IMG/VR virus record: IMGVR_UViG_3300002103_000012
Coordinates: 1-37,098 of that record
Direction: 5' to 3' (one strand)
From: a virus
Taxonomy: Duplodnaviria > Caudoviricetes
Length of the DNA: 37,098 nt
Part shown: positions 10,898 through 19,863 of the stretch, piece after piece
Layout of the letters: the number at the start of each line of letters is the position of its first letter
How positions within the stretch are numbered: the stretch's first letter is position 1
Made by a program: the position numbers and the translations under genes
The notes under the pieces: generated by a model
What the model saw: the letters and a program-made list of their open reading frames with translations, nothing else
What the model was told of the DNA's origin: nothing
Databases searched by the model: none

Positions 10898-12504
10898 TGT
10901 ACAAAATAAGCGTTTATAATTACGGATTTGAAACGGTAATACATTATCCAAGTGCAGATAAAGCAACACCTCATATCATGGCATCAAGTTTACAAGAGAA
11001 GCTAAGCCAAGCTGATAATTTAACTTTAACTATACCTTATATTAATTTAGGATACAACTCATCAAAAGAGTTATCTACAAAAGTAAAAGTATCTAAAATA
11101 AGTGATGATTCAATAGTTTTTACAGGCAGGATACTTAATATTAAAGATGGTATGAGCTCAAGCGGAGAGTTTACAAAAGAATGTATTTGTGAAAGTGCAT
11201 TAGGCTACATGAACGATTCGCACACAAGGAGAACTACGTATACTAATCAAAACCCTACTACCATTTTAACAAGTCTATTAGCAAGACACAATGCTACTGT
11301 AGATTCAACTAGGCGAATACAACTTGGAAATATTCAATTAACGCAAAATATCACAATTTCTTATAATTATGAAACGGTTTTAAATGCGATAATTAAAATA
11401 AGAAACATACTTGGAGGGGATTTACTTGTTAAAGAAATAGGTGGAGTCCTATTTTTAGATTATTTAATGCAACAAGGTTCAAATAATGGGGTACAAATAA
11501 AATTAGGTCATAATCAAAAACAACTAATAAATGAATATAATGCAGCAGATATAATTACAAGGTTAATACCTTTGGGCTATGGATCAGGGATTAATCAACT
11601 TGATATATCTAGTGCAAATAGTGGATTAGATTATATAGACAATATTGATGCAAAAGCTAAATATGGAGTAATCGAAGGGCAAGGAACAAATGCAGATATA
11701 CAAGATGCTGGTACTCTTAAAATGTGGGGCACAACACAGTTAAGTGAAAATTCACAACCAGCTTTAAATGTGAGTTGTGATATGTTGGATTTATCAACTA
11801 TAGGGATAGATAATCCGTTAAATTTAGGAGATACTTCAGAAATAATAAATAGTGTAATGAATTTTGATGTATTTGCAAGGGTAATTGAAAAAACTACCGA
11901 TTTACTAGCACCTTATAACCCTAAAATAGTTATAAATACAAAACCTATAAGAATTTCAGAAAACATAGTTAGTTTAAAACAAAGAACTTTATCCCTAGAA
12001 AATGCACCACAGGGAAACACCTATATTGATACATTTGGGTACGCAGAAAATATAGACTCAACACATCCCTTTACTTTACCTATATGGATTAGTCCTGACA
12101 TAATTTTTATAAATAGAGTTAGATTACACATAGATGGTCAAAAATATAGAGCCTATGAGATTGGTTCAGATGCGCCAGTCCGAACGGATGAAAATACTTA
12201 CTATACATCACAAGAAACAGCAATTACAACCGCACCTCATATGCATCAATATGGCTTAGTTGCGCATGTACATGATACAAAATATGGGATAAGTGAGGAT
12301 AACACGAGCATCCCATATAATTGTATTGTAAAAATAAATGATGTAGAAGTTAGTGGACCATTTTTCGATGAATTTTCGATAGACATAGATATAACGTCTT
12401 ATATAAATACTCCAGGAGAAACCTATAAACTTGAATTAAGCAGTGATAAAAATGCAAGGGTAAACGTGTGGATTTCGATTCAAGCATTTATTCAAGCAAA
12501 ATAA
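10897..12504 (+). CDS. Tail hub/spike protein (Tal-like, prophage tail endopeptidase family)
   Basis: FTGRIL, CESALGYMNDS, ITRLIPLG, LNLGD; C-terminal HMH/HVH motifs. Confidence 0.85.
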   Translation: MYKISVYNYGFETVIHYPSADKATPHIMASSLQEKLSQADNLTLTIPYINLGYNSSKELSTKVKVSKISDDSIVFTGRILNIKDGMSSSGEFTKECICESALGYMNDSHTRRTTYTNQNPTTILTSLLARHNATVDSTRRIQLGNIQLTQNITISYNYETVLNAIIKIRNILGGDLLVKEIGGVLFLDYLMQQGSNNGVQIKLGHNQKQLINEYNAADIITRLIPLGYGSGINQLDISSANSGLDYIDNIDAKAKYGVIEGQGTNADIQDAGTLKMWGTTQLSENSQPALNVSCDMLDLSTIGIDNPLNLGDTSEIINSVMNFDVFARVIEKTTDLLAPYNPKIVINTKPIRISENIVSLKQRTLSLENAPQGNTYIDTFGYAENIDSTHPFTLPIWISPDIIFINRVRLHIDGQKYRAYEIGSDAPVRTDENTYYTSQETAITTAPHMHQYGLVAHVHDTKYGISEDNTSIPYNCIVKINDVEVSGPFFDEFSIDIDITSYINTPGETYKLELSSDKNARVNVWISIQAFIQAK

Positions 12505-12516
12505 GGGGGAATTTAA

Positions 12517-14769
12517 GTGGCAAATATAACAGATGATATAACACGAATTAGAGCAGCAGTGTATGGGGAAGAAGTAAGAGAAAGTATTGCAAGCGGTATA
12601 GAAAATATAAATGCAGAAGTTGAATCCACAACTGGAAGACAAAATGTTGTGGAGAGTAGACAAACCGATGTGGAAGGCGAGCAGGATGCACTTGAAGCAA
12701 GGCAAGATGTAGCGGATGCTCGTGAAGTAATAAGGCAAACAAATGAAACTACTAGAGTAACCGAATTTGATGGAATAAAAACAGATTATAACACTTATAA
12801 AGATGTAATGATTGATGCTAGTCCGGTCGCCAATTTACAAAATCAAATCAATAATAATACGTCGGATTTGGCAGAAAATACACCACATTTAGAATATGAG
12901 GGTAAAAAGTATTTAATAAATAATCCTTATAAAAATGGTGGAAGTTTGCATTTAAAAGGGCAAACACATTGCCACACAAGCAATTCAGATGGAGTAAACT
13001 CTTCAATAATATTGGCTACTGCTTATAAAGATGCAGGGTTTAATTTTATGACAATTACCGACCATAATTTTATAACCCCAAATCCAAATGTTGCAGGAAT
13101 AACATGGATAGGGACGAGTTGTGAGGAATCACAAGAATTACACATTAACGCATTTAATATTGATACAAGGGATGAAGCATTAACAAATGCACAAGATATT
13201 ATATTATATCATCGTAACAATGGTAAAATGACAACTCTAAATCATCCTAATTGGAGTTCTAATGAATCGCCTTATGGAAAGCCTTTGTCTAAATACGATA
13301 TAAACAAATATCATGATTATAATTTTATGGAAATAGTCAATGGCGCAACAATGACATACGCAGAACATATGTGGGATTGGGCATTAAGTAGCGGACATAA
13401 AATTTTTGGAACAGGGGCGGATGATTGTCACGACATAACAAACGCAGGCTTTAATTCAGGATGGATTGTTGTACATTGTGAAGAAAATACAAAAGATGCG
13501 ATTCTACTAAATATTAGAAGTGGAAATTTCTACGCAAGTAATGGTAATGATATCACGATTGGTTTAACTGATAATGTTATTACTGCTTCAAGTACGGCAC
13601 CAAGTAACTTTTCATTTATCGGGTTAGATGGTAGAGTATTGCAAACTAATAATGGGGCAACGAGTTCAACTTATGTCATAAAAGGTAATGAATTATATGT
13701 GCGTGTTGTTTCAACTCGTGTTTCTAATTCTAAAAAAGCTTGGTCACAACCTATATTCATAGACAGTATAGGAACGGATGGTTCAATTGCTACTAAATTG
13801 TATCCAACTGTAGTTAACCCAAACCTGGTTATTAATGGTAATTTTGAAATAAACCAAGGTCGAGTGAGCCAACCGATAGGCGGTTACTTTACTGATAGGT
13901 GGAGAATATCGGCTTCTGACACATCGACACAAGGAATGTCTCAGTCAATTGTTCAGCTAAACAATGGTGAATTACCAAATGCTTTAAAGTATTGTAGAAT
14001 ATCAAGTACGTCAGATTTTGCGTCAGCTTATGCTGGTTTAAATTATATATTAGAACAATCAATAGAGGATGGAGTTAGGCATTATTGCGGTTATGGAAAA
14101 AAAGTTACCCTATCATTTTGGGCTAGAAGTAACATAGTTGGCAAACGTATTGGATTAAATTTAATACAAGCTTATGGTACTGGAGGGTATACATCCGAAC
14201 AATTGGCTGGGAAAGTAATTACTTTAACGAATGTTTGGGAAAAATTTGAATGTACATTTATGACAAACTCTATCATCGGTAAAACTATAGGAACAAATGA
14301 CGCTTTAATATTAAGATTTTGGGTAGCATGGAATAGTTCATTTGCTGCTAGATTTAATGGTAATGCAGTAAGTGAAACTTTTGGCGGGGCTATGCAGTTT
14401 GATATTGCGAACATAAAATTAGAACATGGTGATCTTGCAACTCCATTTATTCCTAGATCAACCTCCGAAGAATTGTCTTTATGTCAACGATATTATGAGG
14501 TATCAGATAGTTGGGTTGCAACGATGGCATCCTCAACAGGACAACTACTTGGAAATAGTTTTATGACTCAAAAACGTATTCCACCTGCTATTACGATAAT
14601 TGCACCAACAACTTTGGTAACGTCAAATGTTAATAATTTAGATGATACTACTAATTATCCTGTTACTGCATCATCTGTGTCTACTCAAAGGATAAAATTC
14701 TTGAATGCTACTGGAATTATTAAAGGAAATGCTTATATTTTTAAATATACAGCAGATGCAGAAATGTAA
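12517..14769 (+). CDS. Tail fibre / receptor-binding protein with internal PHP-family metallohydrolase domain and C-terminal carbohydrate-binding-like domain
   Basis: Anchor IRAAVYGEEVRESIASGIE, heptad coil; PHP motifs KGQTHCHT..SDG, ITDHN, NHP, GADDCH; tail-fibre motifs NLVINGNFEINQ, VTLSFWARS, KLEHGDLATPF, EELSLCQRYY. Confidence 0.85.
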   Translation: MANITDDITRIRAAVYGEEVRESIASGIENINAEVESTTGRQNVVESRQTDVEGEQDALEARQDVADAREVIRQTNETTRVTEFDGIKTDYNTYKDVMIDASPVANLQNQINNNTSDLAENTPHLEYEGKKYLINNPYKNGGSLHLKGQTHCHTSNSDGVNSSIILATAYKDAGFNFMTITDHNFITPNPNVAGITWIGTSCEESQELHINAFNIDTRDEALTNAQDIILYHRNNGKMTTLNHPNWSSNESPYGKPLSKYDINKYHDYNFMEIVNGATMTYAEHMWDWALSSGHKIFGTGADDCHDITNAGFNSGWIVVHCEENTKDAILLNIRSGNFYASNGNDITIGLTDNVITASSTAPSNFSFIGLDGRVLQTNNGATSSTYVIKGNELYVRVVSTRVSNSKKAWSQPIFIDSIGTDGSIATKLYPTVVNPNLVINGNFEINQGRVSQPIGGYFTDRWRISASDTSTQGMSQSIVQLNNGELPNALKYCRISSTSDFASAYAGLNYILEQSIEDGVRHYCGYGKKVTLSFWARSNIVGKRIGLNLIQAYGTGGYTSEQLAGKVITLTNVWEKFECTFMTNSIIGKTIGTNDALILRFWVAWNSSFAARFNGNAVSETFGGAMQFDIANIKLEHGDLATPFIPRSTSEELSLCQRYYEVSDSWVATMASSTGQLLGNSFMTQKRIPPAITIIAPTTLVTSNVNNLDDTTNYPVTASSVSTQRIKFLNATGIIKGNAYIFKYTADAEM

Positions 14770-14773
14770 TAAA

Positions 14774-14847
14774 TACTAGAAAATTAATATGCACATAGGA
14801 AAAGTAATTGAGAAATTACAAATCCTAGTGTATATTAATTAATAGTG
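14774..14847 (+). other. Long imperfect hairpin right after the tail-fibre stop
   Basis: AATTAATATGCACATAGGA pairs with TCCTAGTGTATATTAATT; inner GTAATT-GAGA-AATTAC. Confidence 0.7.
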
Positions 14848-14892
14848 TAAAGGAAAAAGAGAGTGTACTAATCATCTGGCTTTAGTTTTTAT

Positions 14893-14920
14893 TTGCAATA
14901 TAATAGTTTTAGTATATAAT
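14893..14920 (+). promoter_or_regulatory. SigA-type promoter of moron
   Basis: TTGCAA-16 bp-TATAAT. Confidence 0.65.
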
Positions 14921-14980
14921 TAATGGTAGATTGTGGTATATAAATGATTATAAAGTAATAAACAAAGGATGGTATTAAAT

Positions 14981-15967
14981 ATGTATAAAAGAATATGTTT
15001 ATTGGTTTTAATAATTTTCATAGGATCTTTTTTCTATAATATCAATAAATTTGATGGCTTTGTTAAGGCAAATGTAAATTTAAAAGAACTACGCATTTCA
15101 GATAAACAAAAAGAATATATACGAGAAGTCTATCAAGAAAAGATTGAAATCCCAAATTTAACAAAGTCATATCGTTTCTTATATCTTTCCGATACGCACG
15201 TTATTATTAAAAGTAGGGATGAAATAGGCTGCTTTGGTAATACAGACGCAAGAATGGAGGGTTTTAAAAATAGTATAGGAAAAAGTAGTTATGAACAATT
15301 CCCATATTGGATACAGTATGCTAACAATAATGTTGATGCAATGTTAATGGGCGGGGATATAATTGATTATTTTTCAGATAAAAACGTTAATTATATTAAA
15401 GATAATCTAAAAAAACTAAAAATTCCTTATCTTTATACTATGGGGAATCACGATTCTTATGTGCCGTGGGATGACATTGGATTTATAGGCGATGACAAAA
15501 ATCTGCTAGGTCTGTTTTATAAAAACAACACAGAAGTTCAAGTACAAGACTATGGTGATTTTAATGTCGTTTCAGTAAATGATTATGCAGAAGCAGGGCT
15601 GGCAAAAATATCAAAAAAAGCACTTGAAGAATTTAAGAAAGTTTACAAAACAGATAAGCCGATGATTCTTATCGTACATGTACCGTTGTGTACAGAGAAT
15701 ACAGATGTACTGAAAGAACAAACAGTAAAAACATGGGGCAGTCCACTGCTTTTGGGGGAAAACTGTGGTTATGATTTAGATGAAGCTACAAAAGAATTTT
15801 TAGACATGGTAGTAAGTGATAATAGCCCTGTGGTTGCCGTATTGTCTGGACACTTACATTTTTACCACAAGGATATGCTGAATGATAAAATAGTCCAAAT
15901 AGTAAGTGACTATTCAGCTCATGGATATGGGACAGTAATTACTGTTTCTGGTAACAACATAAAATAA
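14981..15967 (+). CDS. Membrane-anchored/exported calcineurin-like metallophosphoesterase (moron); ORF track start 14969
   Basis: N-terminal hydrophobic helix; motifs SDTH, GGDIID, GNHD, VHVP, SGHLH. Confidence 0.9.
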   Translation: MYKRICLLVLIIFIGSFFYNINKFDGFVKANVNLKELRISDKQKEYIREVYQEKIEIPNLTKSYRFLYLSDTHVIIKSRDEIGCFGNTDARMEGFKNSIGKSSYEQFPYWIQYANNNVDAMLMGGDIIDYFSDKNVNYIKDNLKKLKIPYLYTMGNHDSYVPWDDIGFIGDDKNLLGLFYKNNTEVQVQDYGDFNVVSVNDYAEAGLAKISKKALEEFKKVYKTDKPMILIVHVPLCTENTDVLKEQTVKTWGSPLLLGENCGYDLDEATKEFLDMVVSDNSPVVAVLSGHLHFYHKDMLNDKIVQIVSDYSAHGYGTVITVSGNNIK

Positions 15968-16028
15968 TAATCGATTAGCAATTGGAAAATAGTACGACTT
16001 AACTACAAAATAAAATAGTCATAATTAG

Positions 16029-16051
16029 GACACCTGAGAGGGTGTCTTTTT
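16029..16051 (+). terminator. Terminator of moron
   Basis: GACACC-TGAGAG-GGTGTC followed by T run. Confidence 0.85.
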
Positions 16052-16076
16052 AATGCAAAAACATAGGAGGTATGAT

Positions 16077-16367
16077 ATGCCAGAACTACACATTTGCAAC
16101 CAAGAAGCAAGGCTAGTACGAATAGAAGAGGATATTAAAACTCTTCAAAACAGTGATAAAGACAATAATAAAAACATGTCGGATATGAAGCAAAGTCATG
16201 CTGAGACTAAAATTTATGTAACTCAAATATTTGAGAGTTTAAAAGATATAAAAATAACATTAGCAGCAGTAACGGAAAAACCAGCTAAAAGATGGGAGCA
16301 AGTCATTTCAACTATTTTGACGGTAGCTGTCACAGTTGCAGTTACTTATTTTTTTACAAGGAGGTAG
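16077..16367 (+). CDS. Lysis-module coiled-coil protein with C-terminal membrane helix (XhlA/holin-accessory-like)
   Basis: AGGAGG before ATG 16077; coiled coil then ISTILTVAVTVAVTYFF; precedes endolysin. Confidence 0.7.
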   Translation: MPELHICNQEARLVRIEEDIKTLQNSDKDNNKNMSDMKQSHAETKIYVTQIFESLKDIKITLAAVTEKPAKRWEQVISTILTVAVTVAVTYFFTRR

Positions 16368-16373
16368 GACAAT

Positions 16374-17135
16374 GTGATGAAAGGCATTGATGTAAGTATT
16401 TTTCAAGGTCATATAGATTTTAAAAAGGTAAAAGCAACGGGCGTGGAAGTAGTAATAATTAAAGCTACACAGGGCACTGGCTACACTAACGCAATGTTAG
16501 CAGAACATTACAAAGGGGCTAAAGCAAATGGCCTTAAAATAGGTTTTTATCACTATTTAACTAAAGATAATCCAACTACTCAGGCAAAACAATTTTTAAA
16601 TATCATTAATGGACTAATAGCAGATTGTAAATATATTATAGATGTAGAGGGTGATTGGACTATTGCAGCTGCTAGTAAAGCGACAAGAGAGTTTGCAAAT
16701 TATTTGATAAGCAAAGGCAAAGAACCTTGCATATATACTGGAGATTACTTCTACAGAGACAACCTTAATAGTACAGTCAAAGACCTTCCAGTGTGGGTTG
16801 CTAACTATGGTGGCAATATAATGGCTAAAAAATATATAGGGCTACAATACAGTGAAAAGGGCGTTGTAAATGGTATTATAGGACATGTTGACCTAGATAC
16901 CTTTAATGATGGTATTTTATTGACTCCTAAGGTTGTTCCTAAGTCCACTCTAAAAATAGGCACAGTTACTGCAACAACCCTAAATGTAAGAGCAGATGCT
17001 GGTACAGGGTTTAAAGTCATTGGGCAACTTAAAAAAGGTGATAAAGTCACAATTGCTAAAGCCATTGGACCTAATTGGTACTCAATATATTTTGGGGATC
17101 ATGGGGGATATGTATCAAGCGAATATATCAAATAG
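16374..17135 (+). CDS. Endolysin, GH25 muramidase with SH3b cell-wall-binding domain
   Basis: GIDVSIFQG, IKATQG, IDVE, LQYSEKG, VDLD; LNVR...WY...GYVSSEY. Confidence 0.95.
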   Translation: MMKGIDVSIFQGHIDFKKVKATGVEVVIIKATQGTGYTNAMLAEHYKGAKANGLKIGFYHYLTKDNPTTQAKQFLNIINGLIADCKYIIDVEGDWTIAAASKATREFANYLISKGKEPCIYTGDYFYRDNLNSTVKDLPVWVANYGGNIMAKKYIGLQYSEKGVVNGIIGHVDLDTFNDGILLTPKVVPKSTLKIGTVTATTLNVRADAGTGFKVIGQLKKGDKVTIAKAIGPNWYSIYFGDHGGYVSSEYIK

Positions 17136-17186
17136 AAAGGAAGTGGTCTTCCCTATCTAAATTTAAATTTGAGGAGAGTGTATTAA

Positions 17187-17639
17187 ATGCAAGATTTTTT
17201 ATCAATATTATACCCAGTATTATTAACAATTCTTACAGGGTTTTTAGGATATATAGGCAAAGAGGTAGTAAAACTAGCACCCAAGTTAATTGACTTCGTG
17301 GTGGCTAAAATAGGGCTTACAAACTACACTAAAAGTAGACTTGTTGCTTTGGATGTATGGAACATAGTCGAAGAAGACTTTAGATTAAATGAACTTATTG
17401 GGGATACGGTCCAAGCTAAACAAATTATGTTTAAAACTTTAATTAAGCAAAAAATACCTGGAATAACAGATGCAAATATAGAATTATTTAGACAAGCCAT
17501 TGCTGGGGAATTTAATAAAGATAAACCTTTAGTAATAAAAGCTATAGAAAATCCGGTAACAGTAGCAACTCCAATTATAAAATACTTTGCTGCGGATGGA
17601 ACGGAGCTGCAACCAGTTACAAATATAGTAGCAGAATAA
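17187..17639 (+). CDS. Putative holin
   Basis: N-terminal TM segment, IVEE motif, follows endolysin. Confidence 0.65.
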   Translation: MQDFLSILYPVLLTILTGFLGYIGKEVVKLAPKLIDFVVAKIGLTNYTKSRLVALDVWNIVEEDFRLNELIGDTVQAKQIMFKTLIKQKIPGITDANIELFRQAIAGEFNKDKPLVIKAIENPVTVATPIIKYFAADGTELQPVTNIVAE

Positions 17640-17646
17640 TTCTAAG

Positions 17647-17683
17647 CCTGAGGTTAGAGAAATCTAGCTTCAGGTCTTTTTTT
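17647..17683 (+). terminator. Late operon terminator
   Basis: CCTGAGGTTAGA-GAAA-TCTAGCTTCAGG then long T run. Confidence 0.85.
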
Positions 17684-17720
17684 ATTTTTGTATTATAACT
17701 GAAAAACCAAATATAAACAA

Positions 17721-17753
17721 GTAAAAAGCACTGGCTAATCCAATGCCTTTTAC
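17721..17753 (-). terminator. Terminator for XRE gene
   Basis: Minus strand GTAAAAGGCATTGG-ATTAG-CCAGTGCTTTTTAC. Confidence 0.6.
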
Positions 17754-17954
17754 TTATTTATATTTTATCAATTTGCTAGGATGTACTTCCAAAGCTTTAC
17801 TCATCTTTATTAATAGATCTAATTTAATATCCCATTTTCCTCTTTCTATTTCGCTTAAATAATTTTGGCTTATTCCTACAATTTCTGATAATTGTGTTTG
17901 AGTTAATTTCTTTATTTTCCTAAACTCCTTTATCTTAAGCTCGTACATGTCCAT
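17754..17954 (-). CDS. XRE-family HTH regulator
   Basis: LTQTQLSEIVGISQNYLSEIERG helix-turn-helix. Confidence 0.9.
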   Translation of the reverse strand: MDMYELKIKEFRKIKKLTQTQLSEIVGISQNYLSEIERGKWDIKLDLLIKMSKALEVHPSKLIKYK

Positions 17955-17960
17955 GGTTTA

Positions 17961-17989
17961 ATTATATAAGCCAGTGATACCAATGTAAA
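17961..17989 (-). promoter_or_regulatory. Promoter giving a leaderless transcript of the XRE gene
   Basis: TTTACA-17-TATAAT, then 6 nt, then ATG; no SD. Confidence 0.7.
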
Positions 17990-18026
17990 CAGGTAAGTAT
18001 TGTAAGGTGTCATTACGTGTCGAGTC

Positions 18027-18055
18027 TTGATTGTACCTTATGTTATTTATATAAT
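18027..18055 (+). promoter_or_regulatory. SigA-type promoter of RHH gene
   Basis: TTGATT-17-TATAAT. Confidence 0.7.
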
Positions 18056-18072
18056 TTATTTGGGGTGATATT

Positions 18073-18225
18073 ATGCTAATACATAGGGTAAGGTTTGGGA
18101 GCTCTTTGATAAAAGAATTAGATGATAAATTAAGAGAATTATCGAAAGAAACAAGAATACCATTATCGAGATTAGTTGATGAAGCCATAGAAGATCTCTT
18201 AACGAAACACTCTATTAAAAAATAG
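18073..18225 (+). CDS. Ribbon-helix-helix protein, 50 aa (not in ORF track)
   Basis: MLIHRVRFGSSLIKELDDKLRELSKETRIPLSRLVDEAIEDLLTKHSIKK; RBS GGGGTG; own promoter and terminator. Confidence 0.85.
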   Translation: MLIHRVRFGSSLIKELDDKLRELSKETRIPLSRLVDEAIEDLLTKHSIKK

Positions 18226-18243
18226 GGTGTTTCGTTCTTTTTT
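18201..18243 (+). terminator. Terminator overlapping RHH stop
   Basis: AACGAAACACTCTATT pairs with AATAGGGTGTTTCGTT, then CTTTTTT. Confidence 0.75.
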
Positions 18244-18328
18244 GTAATAATTTAGTGCTAAAATGTCGATAATATCGAGGGGCTCGATACTATTTAGGTT
18301 TATACTTTATATATAGGGGGTGAGTGTA

Positions 18329-18448
18329 ATGATAAAAGATACAATTATTAAAAAGCTTAAAGAAGAGAATGCAAAATTGAAAGATGAAATAATACGCATA
18401 CAATACGAAGTTTATAAGTGTAAAGAGGTAGTTATAAATAATAGATAA
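18329..18448 (+). CDS. Small coiled-coil protein, 39 aa (not in ORF track)
   Basis: MIKDTIIKKLKEENAKLKDEIIRIQYEVYKCKEVVINNR; RBS AGGGGGTG; terminator directly after. Confidence 0.6.
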   Translation: MIKDTIIKKLKEENAKLKDEIIRIQYEVYKCKEVVINNR

Positions 18449-18453
18449 TTTTT

Positions 18454-18491
18454 AAAAACAGGTTTATTCAAATCAACATAAACCTGTTTTT
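18454..18491. terminator. Bidirectional terminator
   Basis: AAAAACAGGTTTAT...ATAAACCTGTTTTT. Confidence 0.8.
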
Positions 18492-18492
18492 A

Positions 18493-18712
18493 TTTGACGT
18501 CAAAAATCCGTCAAAAAACTAATTCTAATTAATATCTTTTAGTTCTATTTATTTTTGAAGTAAATCTATATATTGGCTTGTATGCTCATTTTGTATGAGT
18601 TTGTTCTGATTTACTTTATAAGGTTGTTATATTAGAAATAAAGAATAAATAAACCGTGGGGAACTTGATAACTCAAAGTTTATAAGCAAATCGTCAAAAA
18701 TTTCGTCAAAAT
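18493..18712. other. attP region with integrase arm-type repeats
   Basis: CGTCAAAA(A) direct repeats at 18498, 18509, 18692, 18704 flanking an AT-rich non-coding stretch downstream of int. Confidence 0.8.
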
Positions 18713-19852
18713 TTATAAAATATCATTAATAATGCTAGTGGCTCTTTTGATCATGTCGCTATTTACATGAGAGTAGGTTCTCATTGTTTGCTCAACTGTG
18801 TGACCAAGTAACATAGCAGCGGTTTTGAAATCTACTCCATTTGCAATTAAATTTGTTGCGTAAGTGTGTCGAAGCTCATGAATAGTAATATTGTGACCAT
18901 TTCTTTTTAGCAATCCATTTAGGCAGATACTTACAGATGTAGTATTTCTAAATGCAAATACTCTTTTATCTGCTTTAATATTTTTATTATTTATCATAGG
19001 GACTACTTTGCTAGATATTGAATTTTCAGGGCAATCAATATCCTTTTGGCTTTTAAGTATAGGTAAAACCCTTAATGGTATAGGAACTTCACGATTGGAG
19101 TTCCTATTTTTCAATGACCCTAAACCATACTCTTTTTCGGTAATCAACTTCCATTGTTGATTTACTTTTATCACAGCATTTTTAATATCAATGTTGTCCC
19201 AAGTTAATCCAAGTATTTCTCCAAGTCTCAAACCACACTTTAAGGCTATTAATGCAATTAAGTAATATTTATTTTCAACAATATCATCTAAGAGCTTATC
19301 AGCTTCCTGCTTGGTTAAGGCTCTTTTTTCTGTGTTTTTTTTAACTTTTGCTATTTTTATATTTTTTGTTGGTAATGAAGTAATTAAATTATGTTCATTC
19401 ATGGCACTTCTGAAAAATGTATTTAATTTTCCAAGATATTCATGAATACTCGTGGAGCTTAATCCAATACGCGACATGTTGTCCATAACCTCTTGAATAT
19501 CAGAAAGTGATATTTTTGATAGCTCAATAGTATTTAACGACATAAAGTGGTTTAAGACTGTTCTAAAAGAGGCAACAGTCTTTGCTTCTCTATATAAACT
19601 CATGTGTTTTAAATATTTGTCTTTAAATTGACCAAAAGTAATTCCAATCATATCTAAACTGATTTCATTTTTAGATGCCCTTTTGAGTTCAGTTACCGCT
19701 GCATCCATTTCTACTTGTGCTAATTCCTTGCCCAATTTATTAAGATCATAGCCTTGCTTACTTTTTGTTTTCCATTTATCATTAGAATTTTTATAAGTAA
19801 TTATATATTGGTATCCCTTATCTTTTTTTCGTATAAGAGTTGAATACTGCAT
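18713..19852 (-). CDS. int: Phage integrase (tyrosine recombinase 1)
   Basis: GLRLGE, HELRHT, LLGHT, TYSH; N-terminal arm-binding region. Confidence 0.95.
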   Translation of the reverse strand: MQYSTLIRKKDKGYQYIITYKNSNDKWKTKSKQGYDLNKLGKELAQVEMDAAVTELKRASKNEISLDMIGITFGQFKDKYLKHMSLYREAKTVASFRTVLNHFMSLNTIELSKISLSDIQEVMDNMSRIGLSSTSIHEYLGKLNTFFRSAMNEHNLITSLPTKNIKIAKVKKNTEKRALTKQEADKLLDDIVENKYYLIALIALKCGLRLGEILGLTWDNIDIKNAVIKVNQQWKLITEKEYGLGSLKNRNSNREVPIPLRVLPILKSQKDIDCPENSISSKVVPMINNKNIKADKRVFAFRNTTSVSICLNGLLKRNGHNITIHELRHTYATNLIANGVDFKTAAMLLGHTVEQTMRTYSHVNSDMIKRATSIINDIL

Positions 19853-19863
19853 ATTAAACCTCC

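Noticed and set aside
12517-16050. Diversity-generating retroelement or invertible shufflon at the tail fibre
   Set aside because: No reverse transcriptase, no TR/VR repeat pair, no inverted alternative tips
17958-18188. Minus-strand 76 aa ORF
   Set aside because: Shadow of the plus-strand RHH gene, which has promoter, RBS and terminator
18018-18270. Spo0A-box-like TGTCGAG and TGTCGAT
   Set aside because: Each mismatches TGNCGAA; too short to support
17754-18448. Toxin-antitoxin module
   Set aside because: RHH and XRE are present, but no recognisable toxin and the genes are separately terminated
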